From NCBI GenBank assembly GCA_051294905.1, contig CM119379.1, positions 22,382,001 through 22,446,000 of the forward strand: DNA of 64,000 nucleotides. The letters run 5' to 3'. Below the pieces are notes generated by a model. The model worked only from the letters and a program-made list of their open reading frames with translations, searched no databases and was not told the origin of the DNA. This document shows positions 36,401 through 49,531 of this stretch, piece by piece. This stretch comes from Botryllus schlosseri. Taxonomy: Eukaryota. The position numbers and the translations under genes were made by a program. The stretch's first letter is position 1. Every line of letters starts with the position of its first letter.

Positions 36401-39400
36401 TACAAGAAATAACTGACAATCGTAGCTAATGTGTTATACCGTAGCCATGTTATATTATAAGTAGAGCCCGACCGATTATCGGCTCGCCGATAATATCGAG
36501 TCGATATCACGCTTGGAGAGAAATATCGGTATCGGCCATTGAAGGTAAAAAAATATCGGCCATTTCGTGACGTCACAACATGGTGGCAGAGAGTCAAGAG
36601 AAGTCGATAAAAGACGTGAGAGCGGTCAATTATAAAAATAAATGGCCAAGCTGCATATAGTGCATACAGCATAGTGCATACAGGGTAGTAGGCGTGTCAA
36701 TCTGAAAAATATTATCGATAACTAACCCCCGTTATGCCCCACTGACTTCGTGGGAATCCCCCTGCAGTAATCGATCACCAAAGACAGAGAGCAGCTGGAT
36801 GGATAGTTGTCTGCAGAAGATTTCAATCAGTAAGAGAAATGAGAACTTCAATCATGCTGGACTGACCCTCGTAATGATAGAGAAAAGCGTCGCGTCGAAA
36901 CATTTCCCGGTTCGGTACCAACAGAGCTAATTATACCAGTAATGTATGAAGTCATCTGACTGAGGCCTGCGGCTGCGGCCTGCGGGGCCACCATGATAGG
37001 AAATATGCGAGCATAGAGGGCAAGAAAATCAAGCAAACGTGGAGTGAAGCCAATAATTGATACAAAAATTTTTGATTCCGTGATGACATTGGCCAATTCT
37101 GACAAAAGAGTGTAAAATATTGATCAATTGATTGTTGAAATGCTGGTCAAGGCCCATGGGGGATGGGTGGAGCAGTTGCAGACGTGGACAATTTGAGTTG
37201 TTTTGCACATTCTTCAGCTATTTGTTAATGATGTGCTGAAGGCTCCAGGTGCATTGTCAGAAGAATATCAATATCAATATTTGGCTAAACCATTGAAGGA
37301 AAGATCCCCTGCAAGGGAGCGGTGGAACCGAAATGAAGAAAGATTTCCTGCTGTGCCACTAACTATGCTACCTAGTGAAAGACTGCTCACTGTGTTTAGT
37401 ACTATACACATCATCTATGGAAGACCACAGAAGTTCACTCCTTGGAGAAAGGGCCGAGAAATTGTGCTTCGTGAACTGTAATCTGCAACTGCTGGATTGG
37501 TGCTTTTGATACATTTTGATAGTTCCTTGATCATTTATTTCATGTTCAAGCAAATCAATGGCTGTAAAGTTGTTGAAAGAAATGCTCTTGAGGTGTTAAA
37601 TATGGGCCTTGAGCTAGATTCCATATATTTTGAATATCGGCTGAATATATCGGGGTTATCGGTGGAGGTACTGGATATCGGTCTTATCGGTATCGGCTCA
37701 GAAATCCAATATCGGTCGGGCTCTAATTATAAGGCAATGGCTGTACGCCGTACGGCCAGTCTCGCTGGTTACATTCGTTGTCACGGATAAGGCTGATAAG
37801 TTAGAAAATTAGTTCAGGATGTATAATATTGCTCGGGGAAACTAGAAATATCAGCACCGAATGCTCAGCTGACCATTTGTTAATGGCGGACAAGGCGACC
37901 TGTAATAGGTTACATTAGGTGACTGCTTTTTCTGAGATTCGTAGTAAACAACCAACGCACAACTGTGACATCACAAGCAGCGTCTGGTTAGGTAAGTACA
38001 GTAAGTAGTGAACAACACATGGAATATATATCAATTTATACGAAATTAGATGAAAAAAGGGACTATGTGCAATGCTAAATGTTTCTGTATGGAAAAAACG
38101 ACCCAGATCAAACATTATAACGTGGCCAGTAAATATTATTGGTGTCATGTGTCAGCGGATGAATACCATTTATTTCGAAATCGTTCGAGTGTCGTCTGGC
38201 CAGTGGTCATTAGTGAGATTTGAGCAAAGGGTGGAGCGAAGCTTGTTGTGCTTGAAGAAAGTGGACGCGACCGTTGAAGATTCCTAGGAATGCTGAATGG
38301 AATACGCATCTTAAAAGGTAATACAGTACTACATAGTATTTGTTACCGTGAATATCTGACTCTGCACACCAGCCCTCGATGACTTAGATTTCATGATTGA
38401 AATATTTCGTTCGCCGCATTCTCTGTTCTATTTTGGGATATTTGTCGACTTATATAGTGACCACATACTCCGCTGCGGAGGAGTTGAAACTGTTGGCTTG
38501 GTAATGTCATTTTCGGGCCATAGCATAGATATGTTTTCATCCACTGCTGGATTTGTTTGCCACACAAGCCACCTTAAATTAGGAACCTTTTGCGTCAATA
38601 CAGAGATAAAGTCTGAATCTCTGCTATGTCGTGTAAAAGGCGGAGCCGTCATCACACAATGTGCCAGTACCGGTACTTCAAAACATGTTATATTTTTGTT
38701 AGCCCATTTGTCTTAGTCTTTATAATGTCATGTCCACTGTCCAGGTTAGGAACTTTGCTTTATATAGCGACTTACGCATGAATTCTTTTTAGTGGAACTG
38801 CAAGATACTACTTACACAGAAGGAATGAGAACGAGAAAAAGAAACAATTGGAAGTTTGGCCGGTGGTGGAATTAATTCACGTTTTCTTGAGACCACTCGT
38901 GTTACTGCATGTCTTCTAAAGAAGAATTAGACCTCCAGCAGCAATATTTTTCCATCGATAACCACTTCATCGTAATATCATGAATGAATATACAGTTTGT
39001 TCCAATGTCGTTTTGGGGATGTGAAGAAATTGTTGCGATATTTTTGCATCGGGTTGCTTTGCGATAGGTATGGATGTACGTGAATTTACAAGCTGGTATG
39101 TAATCGTGATTTACAGGGACAGCATGTAGGTAGGTAGGCGGTAACATGACAGTCTCGATCGCAAATGTACAGTAGAACATGTAGATTAGATATACTGGAG
39201 GTGACTGTAACATTACAGTCTGGCGTGTAAAGTGAGATTACCGGACGAGTGTAAGTTAAATTTACATTGACTAACGGTAATGTTAGATTACCACGAAATG
39301 TCTGGCTACCGTGCTTCCAAACATTTCGCGGTAAATCGAGGTTTTTATTTTTTACAGTGTGGCTCATAGAATTTATAATCTGAACTATTCGGTTTAGAGA

Positions 39401-42400
39401 TGACGAAAAAGAGGACCATTCTTTATCACAATCTACTCAAGATGTTGAAGTGGAGATCGCTGCAGCATCGCGGCAGCAAGAATTAGACGATGGGTGAGGA
39501 CAATCTATATAACATTTACACAAATTGCGAAGCATGACTCGGTAACTTCTTTCAGACACCACGAGACGGGAGATGAGGACGAGGTTGAACTTCTGGGCGC
39601 AGCAAAAACTTTTCCAGTGTACGTGGGTTCCGAGATTCGAATTTATCATGAATCATAATTTATAGAACTATAATGAGCTTCATAACGCGTTTGCAAATGT
39701 AGCGATAGCGTAGTCGATGTTTGTTGGCTAGTAGATGAAGTAAAGAACAGTAACCCATATAGCATTATTAACTAGGCAGAAAGACACAATAAATGTGTTG
39801 CAGGGATATCAGCAGCGGGCGATATGACGGGAATGAAAGCAAATCAGAAGTCGTCGATGAGATTTCGGAAACGATAGTTGTTGGTGTAGAGTCCATTCCG
39901 CAACAACTGGAAGAATACCGGACTGACAAAGATACACAAATATCGTCACCAGAAGAATACTCGGTCGCAGAAAAAATAATGATATTTGAGACACCGAGAA
40001 AGTAACTAAATATAATAATCATTAATGCATGGATTTTTCATATCCTTCATTTTCCTTCTCACCTTTTTAATCACCATAATAATTTTGTTAAGTGAGGATG
40101 ATACAGACCGAGCTTCTGTAACCGAAGAAATAGATAATGAGATAGCTGCAGCATCTTCACGGACTGAAAGAGACAATGATTATAAGTAATCTATTGCTGA
40201 CTGCATATGTCACGGCTATCGTGCTTTTACCAAATTTACTTAATAAAGAAACACCAGTGAAACCGAGGAGCCGCAGTCTGCCGGAGCAATTGAATACCTT
40301 CCGATGCTCATCGCATCTAAGTTGAGGAATGTATTCACTAGGAAGTATGCGTTACATATATACACATGAAATTAATCATCGTATATATTCAAGCTTATTA
40401 TAATATGCACAGTGCTGCTGCTGATGATGATGATGATGAAACCATGACTGCGGAAGAAATTGTGACTGACCCCGACCGCGAGATTGACACTGCATCACCC
40501 CAGGACCTTGCTGATTATAAGTATGGAATAGAATTTATACTTTTTCACGATTCCGTGTTCATAGGGCTGGGCACAATGATTCGAGTACTCGAATCTGAAT
40601 CGAATATTAACTTTAATGATTCGAGTCGAGTATAGTAGAAGATGTTTTTTTCGAGTACTGAAATTATACGCTTCTCGCCACTAAAAGTTAATTTATCAAC
40701 GAGAATTATAGTTTCACTGTTGAAGCCATGAAACCTTGATTGGCGGTATCGTAGCCTACCAAATATATATATTACAAAGATAGAATAGCGTATACTAAGG
40801 TTACTGGACGTAGCACATTCCTGAAGTCATGATTATCCCGTGACATTGTCACCAAGTGGTCGGAAAGATACCAAAGTCTCATTTATGAGATGGATAACAG
40901 ACATTATATTCTATGTATTGGCAGAAACGGTACATATTTGAACTTTGACGTATTACATTCTGTTGTGACGTCATAATGGGTGATACTCGATTACTCGACA
41001 TGACTCGAAGCATATTACGTGATTCAGAATCGAATCATTCAGGTATTCGATTTTGCCCAGCCCTATACTTGTTCATTATCTAGTATATACCGTCGTCTGC
41101 TCATATGCAGCTCTTGTAAGTTCGATATTATTCATGCTTTCGATTCTTAACGCTACGATTATGTCCGTCACTCGCACAGGCATCGTTATTCCACATGTCG
41201 TTTAGTGTAATCAAATTCAATTCAAAGGTGCGTGCATATGCTTGTTTTAAAATAAAAGTGTGAATTTCATAAATATCGTTGTTCATGCCTAAAATTGTCG
41301 AATACCTGCTAAATGTCGTATGAAAAGGTTTGATACCAGTCGAGTAATGGGCTATATAGGGGCTGGGGTGCAACGAAACCTTGTTTCAGTGATTGCTACT
41401 CATAGATGACACACAAAAATCATGGCGGCGTCTAAAAATTCTAGATATCATTGCAAAATTCGGGCACTTTCTGCGCACGGCCACGCATGTTCATTGTTCA
41501 TGGAGATAACATTCCATTCTATTGGTAAGCGTGTGCAAAATTGTCGTGATGCCTCATGCCAAACTTTTGGGCTGGCAACAATATCAGAAAGACAGATAGA
41601 TTTATTGTTTAGTTTCAGACCATAAGCGAAGAACAAAAATAACAAAGTGAAACGTATTTATAGGCTGCACCGAAGTGAGTGCATGCTCAGTCCCAAAGTC
41701 TGACCCTGCCTTGAGATAACAGAAATTCAATAATAGGTTTAGCAAGTCTTTTTCAATATGGTTTCAACTGAGATTCGGCGATCTTTACGTTATAGCGACG
41801 ACAATCAAGATTCCAATCAACCTGAAGCGACTGTGACAGAAGGAATCTCCGAGCCTAAGGTTGCCGCCGTACAAAATGAGCCAGAGGAAGTGTCGTTGAC
41901 CACAGCTGAGTATGCTGAAAACGATCTGTCAATTACACGCTCGTAATAGACAATTATTATCTGACAGTGACAGCGATAGAGTACGGGAATCTGTTTCGGA
42001 ATCACCGAAACAAAAAGTACCAGAAGTTGGTATCGCAGAAAGAATTATAGGATTCCTCCGACCCAAGCGGTGAGTTGTTTCGTTAACACGCAGTGTTTAA
42101 GTATCCTCCCAATATCTTGCTGACACACATTATAAACGAAAAATATTATTGATCCCAAATGCGATCTCTATGCAAAACATCTTATTCAGATTTGGAAAAG
42201 ATGAAAGGTTAGACGCTGAAAACGCCGGAACTACAGAATTCGGCAGCCGTTACAGTGATGAGTCACAAGAAGAAAGACTCCATGGCATGTCAGTAGAGAA
42301 GCGACTCGTGGTCATTATAATTCTAACATAACGATGAAGAAGAAAATAGCGCTTATAAATCCATATATAATATAAATATATATGTCACTGGGCGCATGAA

Positions 42401-45400
42401 TAATGACACTAAATCCGAAAAATGGCGATGACATTATCATATCCGCGTTATACGCATTATTACTTCATAGTAATTAAGTAGAAAACGTTGCCAATGGTGG
42501 TCTCATAGCGAGTGCATTATAATTTATAGTAGCTAATGCTCATCCAAACTATTTTGTTCTTAGTGAGGAAGAATCTAAAGATGCCGATACAGAACAAAAC
42601 GACTTGATAGTCAGCGAGGAAATCACGGAGACAACAGCCACGGTGGTTGAGTCTCAATATCAGGAAGAGCTTCCAGACGAGAGCGAGTATGGAATGCGCG
42701 AAACGGTCGATCCAACGGCGAAACCGTCGTCAAATTTGGCAGATAGAATCAGGGAGTTTCTACAACCAAAGAGGTGAGTGGAACGCGAGAATAAACGTAG
42801 GCCTATATCGATTCTTCGTTGCTACCGATAGGGCGTCGCGGTCAATTACTGGGCCGAGAATAAGAAAATATGCATATCACGGAGTTGTAGCACATGTAGG
42901 GCTATGTTTACAGACATAGACTTGCTGCTGCTAAATCCCTCAGCTATATAATTTTCAATCGACTATAATTCTTAATTTTCTTTCATGGAGTGGCGATGGT
43001 ACAGACGAAGAAAATGCCTTACGTCCAATCCAAAACAGAGCTAGAGCTTATTACATCCGAAATTGCTACGAATTTATTCAATAAATTTATACAGAGACCA
43101 GAGTTCCCAAGAAGAAACTGTTTCTCAAGCGACTGATGATGCGTCTTCATCCCAGTCGCAACATGAAGAGCCTGATCAATCGTAAGATTATGTTATGTCA
43201 AAATATTCTATGAGTGCTTACAAAAATAATTGATCTACTCACATCACGCCGTCCTAATATTGCCCTAGTTTCCGCCGAGCCCAATCCAAAAGTTGATCGG
43301 CTTACTACTACTTACTACTACTATAAGGAAACTTTTATGTTATCGCCGAAGGTAACTGAACTATTTTTAGACTTGCGACATCAGAAATTGGACAGGAGAC
43401 GGAATCCCTTTATCGGACAGATAACAATGACAGCTCTACAAGCGATTCGTTTGATATTGGAAGAAAGATTCGAAATTTCTTTCAACCGGGGCGGTAAGTG
43501 GTTTAGGCCTGATAGATGCAAATTATCGCTATCCAGCGTATAGTACAGTTCCAGTTGTACATTAAGGTTGCATTTAAAACAAAAATCATTCTAAAACAAA
43601 CATGTTCAAAACAAAGCCCTTGTTTAAAACATGATTTTTATGTTTTTGTTTTCACCATCACGTCAATAATGTTGAATTGTGACGCCACAGTGGATTGACA
43701 TTGACAATGTACAAAATATAGGGTGAATATGACTCATTGACGAAAAAGACTTCTGGCCCCCATAGTTAAACGGACCAAAAATATCTCTCGCCAGGACTAC
43801 TTCGTTATGCAGCATTTTTACGATCGTCGGTCATTTTCATCAGGGCACTCATTCCGTACCAATGATCTATAACTATACGTGCTATAACTGTTGAACCGAC
43901 GACGATTTCGAGGGTTCCAACCGTTCCATATCATATACGTCGACTCTATTGGATGGAAATGGTCCGTAGGCTCTAACTACGTGTTTTTTCGAATGCATTT
44001 ACACAATTCTGGCATAATTTTACAAATTTTGAAAAAAAAACTTTTTTAATTTTTTTTTTATTACAAACAAAGTGTTTTATATGAAACCGTATGTACAATC
44101 ATGTATAGGTACAGTACAGTGTACAAATGACTTCGCGAATTCAGAAGAGGATTGACAAAAGATGGTACCTGTAACCCTCACTAGCCTACAACGACACTAT
44201 AGCTGAAATAATATCGTTCATAGTTATTCTTCCGGAAATGCAATAGGGTATTTCCGTGCCGCAGCGATCTGCGTAGTCACAGCTATAGTACCGACGCCTT
44301 CATATACGTGCTCTGGTGGTGATTCCGGATTCAAAATGATCTGAACATGCCACCAAAACAGTGGATACGAAATGGATCGGCGTTACTGAGATTAAGAAAG
44401 CGGTTATACAACGACCTTGGCAAGAGCCACCTTTGATATCTTCAGCGATATTCTTAATACACACTTTACATAGGCATATGGTAACGACCAGGCAGTAATA
44501 GGACTTGACAGCGACATATAGGCTCTGCCTAACAATATATTACAATAGCGCTTTTGAAGAATTCGCTTTGACAATCAAATCAATTGGTATTCTATTCTTA
44601 AAGAACAAAAAAGGATTTATCCGTATCACTTGACCAAGAAATCAAAACGGACGCTCGTACAGCAAACCAGCCGCCCGAAAGGTATAGATTTCTCTATATA
44701 GTTGAATATCATATTCATGCGCACCATCATAGTATAGTCGTAGAGATATAGCAGAGCTATTATAATAGCTTCCAGATGTCTCAAGTAGGCCTGCCAGGAT
44801 TCTCACTATGCTTTGTTTTGAAATCTAATACGTGCGCTCGATTGACGCACACCTCTGATTTGAAACGATCTATTTCTACAATTCACACCGAATAAGTATA
44901 TTGTGTAGGGAATCCGGCCATATCGCTGACGATAACATGGAGTCAGGGGAGAACCTTCATATATTTTTGGCAGAAAAGCTCGTGGAACGGTAATAGTTCC
45001 TTCATGCAATAAGTTTGACGCATGTGATTTATTTGTAACGAAACTTCATGTGCTATCAGTCTCAGCGAGGAAGAATTGGATTCGGAAGAAAATGCAGAGC
45101 CACAGAAGCAGATTGTAAGTGAAGGACAACTGGAAGCGAAAAGAGTACAATCTACCCTTCCTGAAGACTCACGCGATGAATTGTGAGACACTTCATCAGT
45201 TATAGGTTATTGGTAAAGCACCAACAACGTCTTTGGTGAGCCTTCCAACCGTGTCTATATCTAATATGTTTGAGATTACCACTGCATGTTATCCGCATGT
45301 CCTGCATGTGATCCGAAATTACATTGCGTCTTTTATCTCCAGGGTACTAATGGAAAACAGAACCGAGGTGAATATGGACTATACAGAAGATCCAAATGAA

Positions 45401-48400
45401 CTAAGGGATGCTTCCGATAGCCTCGACGCGTTTCTGCAGGAAGACCTTAATCAACATACGAGGTGGATGATTTTCTACTCTCTCTGACAGCGTTTGATTA
45501 TTATATATAGGCGCACTCTTCACTCATTTTCCATTGGGAAAATAGATACCAATTGAAAATTATAAAAGTGTGATACAAAGGGTTTCGTTGTACGCACGCA
45601 TGTGCTATCTCAGAGATGAGCGATATTTTCAAATCCGGTTCCGGAATTGAGATTGCAATCCACCTCCTAATTCTAATCCCCAGAATACTTTCAAATCATG
45701 TCCAAATCCGCGACTATAGTGACTAAAGTAGGGTTACCATATGTCCACCTTTAGGAGGATTTGTCCTCCTTTTTCAGGAAATCGAAAATCCCCTCTATTT
45801 TGAGAATTCGCCTTCCCTTATAGCTTTGACAGCCAGATTGCTAGACAGGCACAACTAAAAAACGCCATAAACGACGCGAAACATATAATGTGATGCTCCA
45901 GCTGGACTTTCGGGAGTAGAACTTGAAAACTGACCTTTTTTAGTCAACACAAGAGGCTTTCCCGTAAAAAATTTAGAATCAGCAGTTTTCTAGTTCTAGT
46001 CCGTTGAACTAAATTTTATGCTTTGTGAAAGTGTCCTCCGTTCCGGTTCCCAAATTATGGTAACCCTAACTAAAGTATATTCAACAATCGCATGAAAATT
46101 GGAAGCTTTTGGGAGTTCTAGGTCCAACTGCTACTTCAGGAGCGTCGTAAATCAAAATCCCGCCAAGTTCTTCAAATCGAAATCCAAACCAATCCTCATA
46201 CAACTATAATGACCAGTTTGAGCCATTTTATTTTAGCTGATTTACGAGCAGGCCGATCTAGCTGAAATATATCGTCCTCGGGATTGGCGTTAACCACTGC
46301 TCTAGGCGTGTTGTATGGTAACATGAGGTGAATCACTTGATGAGCTAATAATAATGTCGCATGAAACTACTCTGCTTTCGCACTTTGTATAGATCATGAC
46401 TATATAAATTATTATTCAACTTCGCAGAGACCAACACCAAGAGAGTGATTGTACAGGGTTCGCGATTCGCAATTATGATCAAGGGTCAATTCCTTGCCAA
46501 TTTATTTAGTCGTGTCAAAAGAATTACGGATCATAAATTATAAATAAATTCATCTCGGAGGCGCTTTCAACTGTCTTCTTTGTTATTGCTTATTCAGTTA
46601 CGAACAAGGGTTTACTGAGGAGGATGGCGATGACACGAAACGGGAGGAAATCATTTCTGAAACCAAAGTGAAAGCAGTGGAGTCGCAGACGAATGACATG
46701 CCAGAAATTCAGTAAATTTGCAGGGATTTCGGTTAATTTTTTGATTGTATAATCCTGCTGTTTTCGCTTGAGCAGCAACGAAGAATCGCCTTTCGATGAC
46801 CAATCGGAGAAATCCAAGTCATCGCGTCTACCTGGAATCCTAGCCTCAGCATTCAAAGGATTCTTTCAGTCGAATAGGTTTCATTTTTATATTCAATTTA
46901 CTGCTCATTGGATTTATAGTTATTGCGCAAATTGAGCGCATATATCCGCTCTAAGCTCTGAAATGACGGTCACGCAATATCTTGGTTTCTTGTACCTGCT
47001 GGGACCGCGGCCTAATTGCGTATAATTGCGTTAGGCAAATAAATTTCAAACGTTACAGTATTCTTTTCTGATATCAAAATTGGTGACCCCGATTATACAA
47101 TTTATGTTTGACAGTGACGAAACCCCAGTAGATGAAACTGGAGAATCAGCATTATCCACTTCGGTTGATATGGAAGAGCAAGTAGAAATGGCTCACGTAT
47201 CCTCTGTGGAATCTGGTCCGCCGGCATCCTCACATGAGTAAGTGCATTGTGGGTTCTACTATTCCGCGATATATGAAAGAGTACATACTTTCAGCATGGT
47301 GGAAGATTCATCTGGCCGAGAAGCAATTGCAGACAAAATCGAAGAAAAAGAAACTGCCGAAAATCTTCCTCTGTATCTCGCAGCCAGGATGAAGAAGTTA
47401 TTGGAGCCTTCAAAGTAACTTCAAATTTAGAACAGCTGTTCATGGTCCAATTATTATTGATTTGGTTGCGGATAATGTAGAATCTGAAACGCCTATGGAA
47501 GGATTCACATATTTGTGACTTTAATATATCTATTTGCTGTCTGAGCCTGTTTCCCTGTTTATGGTAAAAGTACATTTTTGATGACGTTGTAGTGTAAAAC
47601 AGCCCATGTCCTTTGAACTTTTTTACGTGCGTAATGTTGTATATATTTCCGACTGTTGACCCTTTACATCATTGTGCTGCAGCAAAAGCAAGGAAGACAC
47701 GACCGTGGTATCAGACGAACAGGAATCATTGCAAGAAGACCTAGAAAAGGACATCTCTTATGTTGATCAACCGGAAACTTCACATCGACAATTGTATGTG
47801 TATCTGTAGTGGTATGGATATCAGACTAATGAAAAGTGATGTTCTCACACAGAGATTCAGTGAATAATAGATCCGAGAGCATATCAGGAAATGAAGCAGC
47901 ATCGGTGGATGAAGAAAAAGAAACCGCTGAAAACCTACCGATTTACCTTGCGAACAGATTAAAAGGGTTCCTGCGGCCCACACGGTTCGGACGCCGATAA
48001 ATTAATTTATTTATTCGTATCTCTGATCGCTATATCTATTCTATACCTCAGTCGGTCTAATAATATATTTCCGCGGGAAATAGTTCAATTAGGGAAGTTA
48101 TTTTGTAATACGCTTCATACGCTTCCATCGATGTGCATTGTGTATTTAGTCATTTAAGCGTTCGTTAATAATATGGATTAGTTGGAGAGTTATTTAATTT
48201 CTCCACCCAATTACCAATGCTTCCAGGTATTTATTATAAATTATACGCGCGCTTTATATCACTATATATATCATGTGTAACACTAATCGACGACATTAAT
48301 CAGAACTGTTTTTCAGTCCCGAACAAAACATGCACGACTGTCCGTTATGCGGCCAAAAGGTATCCGAGGATGCGTTCAAAGATATAGAAATGAATAGCAA

Positions 48401-48545
48401 TGACGGGAAGTTGTGGAAGGTGCGTGGAGTGAACCTGAAATGCAATCTTGTTTCGGAAATTCGTGGAGGAGTCTACAAGACTGAGATTCGCATCGCTGCT
48501 GACGGAACAAGATCGATGGCAGAATCCTATTATAAATTGGTGTAG
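33496..48545 (+). CDS. Large acidic, intrinsically disordered protein (~1080+ aa) built from symmetric exons, ending in an unknown small domain
   Basis: Exons: 33454(ATG 33496)-33779, 34818-34943, 35045-35161, 35336-35422, 35861-35980, 39398-39493, 39556-39618, 39804-40001, 40093-40185, 40249-40344, 40413-40520, 41796-41909, 41968-42069, 42190-42288, 42564-42773, 43095-43181, 44604-44681, 45066-45182, 45343-45462, 46598-46711, 46776-46877, 47115-47237, 47295-47414, 47683-47793, 47853-47984, 48317-48545. All have AG/GT boundaries, are stop-free and D/E/S/T-rich. The true N-terminus is uncertain and extra exons may have been missed. Confidence 0.8.
34136..34751. mobile_element. hAT-like palindromic MITE (TAGGGCTGTTCAAAAAT family, copy 1)
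   Basis: TIR TAGGGCTGTTCAAAAATAAC / GTTATTTTTGAACAGCCCTA; perfect 8-bp TSD ATGTGCAG; long internal inverted arms. Confidence 0.92.
36462..37725 (+). mobile_element. Internally deleted hAT transposon with transposase remnants
   Basis: 15-bp TIR TAGAGCCCGACCGAT / ATCGGTCGGGCTCTA; perfect TSD ATTATAAG; frameshifted CFA(H)ILQLFVNDVLK (~37199-37240) and DPL..WNRNEERFP...PSER.L..FS (~37303-37400). Confidence 0.88.
40562..41065. mobile_element. MITE, TAGGGCTGGGC family (copy 2)
   Basis: Perfect 11-bp TIR TAGGGCTGGGC / GCCCAGCCCTA; homologous to 8713-9181; TSD unclear. Confidence 0.82.
45729..46068. mobile_element. hAT-like MITE, TAGGGTTACCAT family (copy 3)
   Basis: Ends TAGGGTTACCAT / ATGGTAACCCTA; ACTAAAGT occurs at both junctions (offset by 1 nt on the left); shares CTTTAGGAGGATTTGTCCTCC with the 19077 copy. 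Confidence 0.85.
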
Positions 48546-48617
48546 TGTGACTCTTATGCACCAGACGTAATAATCATGGAGTTGTTGATACACGCTTTTA
48601 TTTGCATTCGTATAGAG

Positions 48618-49531
48618 CAGTGGTTCTCAACCTTTTTGTCTTCGCGGACCCCTTTTCGACCGTCACGGATCCCGCGGACCCCCTCAAGTTTTAGTTATTT
48701 ATTATCATCTAACCGTCATCTGTCTTGTGCAAATATCAACTATGGACTAGTTATGAACAGCAACAAAATTACTTTTCGTGGAAATAACATCATACTATAT
48801 GTAGAAATTTGGTATCAGTACGCAGTTGTGTCTTGGAAATCCGCGCGTTCGATTTGATACAAACGATTGCCGAAAATCGATTTCCGTAATGATAGCTGGT
48901 GGCGAATGTGTTATTAGCGCGTAACGCTTGCTACAACACCTTTGGGTATGATCGCAACATAGAAAGCACCAAAATTGAGACATTTTATTTGTAATTACCG
49001 TTAAGCCCAGTCATTTCCATGTACCAGTTCACTTTGAATTTATTCTGTAAAAGTGGTTATGTATATTACAGATGAAAATGGATTCCATGGCGAGGCTTCA
49101 ATGCCGTTACTGAGATAGATTAGGAAACAATTTCAGGAATTTATGTTTCAAACTATTGTTCACTAATTTGCTGAGACTGGCGACGTCAAATCCAAGATGA
49201 TTTGTAAACCTTTTGAAGTCACCCTGATTGACCTTCTACTCCAACTTGTTGTTATGTCCAAAAACTCCATCAAAACACCCCTAAACGACGATATGTTTAT
49301 ATCAGTTGACTATTGGGACTTCGACAATTAAAATGAGTTTTCACAGTAGGATGTTTTATCTCAAACGGTCATGCTGTTGATGTGAGTCTTGAAGTTTTAG
49401 CAGGTATGAAACAAAACTACATCGTAATTTCCTTATAATTAAAAAAAGTTGGATTATTAATCATGTTTCAAATTTAGAGGCTTCGCGGACCCCCTGAAAT
49501 TGCGTCGCGGACCCTCGGTTGAGAACCAATG
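48618..49531. mobile_element. hAT/Charlie-like non-autonomous element (CAGTGGTTCTCAAC termini)
   Basis: Ends CAGTGGTTCTCAACC / GGTTGAGAACCAATG; TSD GTATAGAG / GTATAGAA (7/8); CGCGGACCC subterminal repeats. Confidence 0.88.

Noticed and set aside
41943-41967. Apparent 25-nt intron
   Set aside because: An upstream phase-2 donor (GA|GTATGC at 41909) gives a 58-nt intron, matching the short-intron size seen elsewhere in the window.
43214-43543. 109-aa ORF with a YYYY run
   Set aside because: Intronic, driven partly by a (TAC)n microsatellite, with no recognisable motif or splice support.
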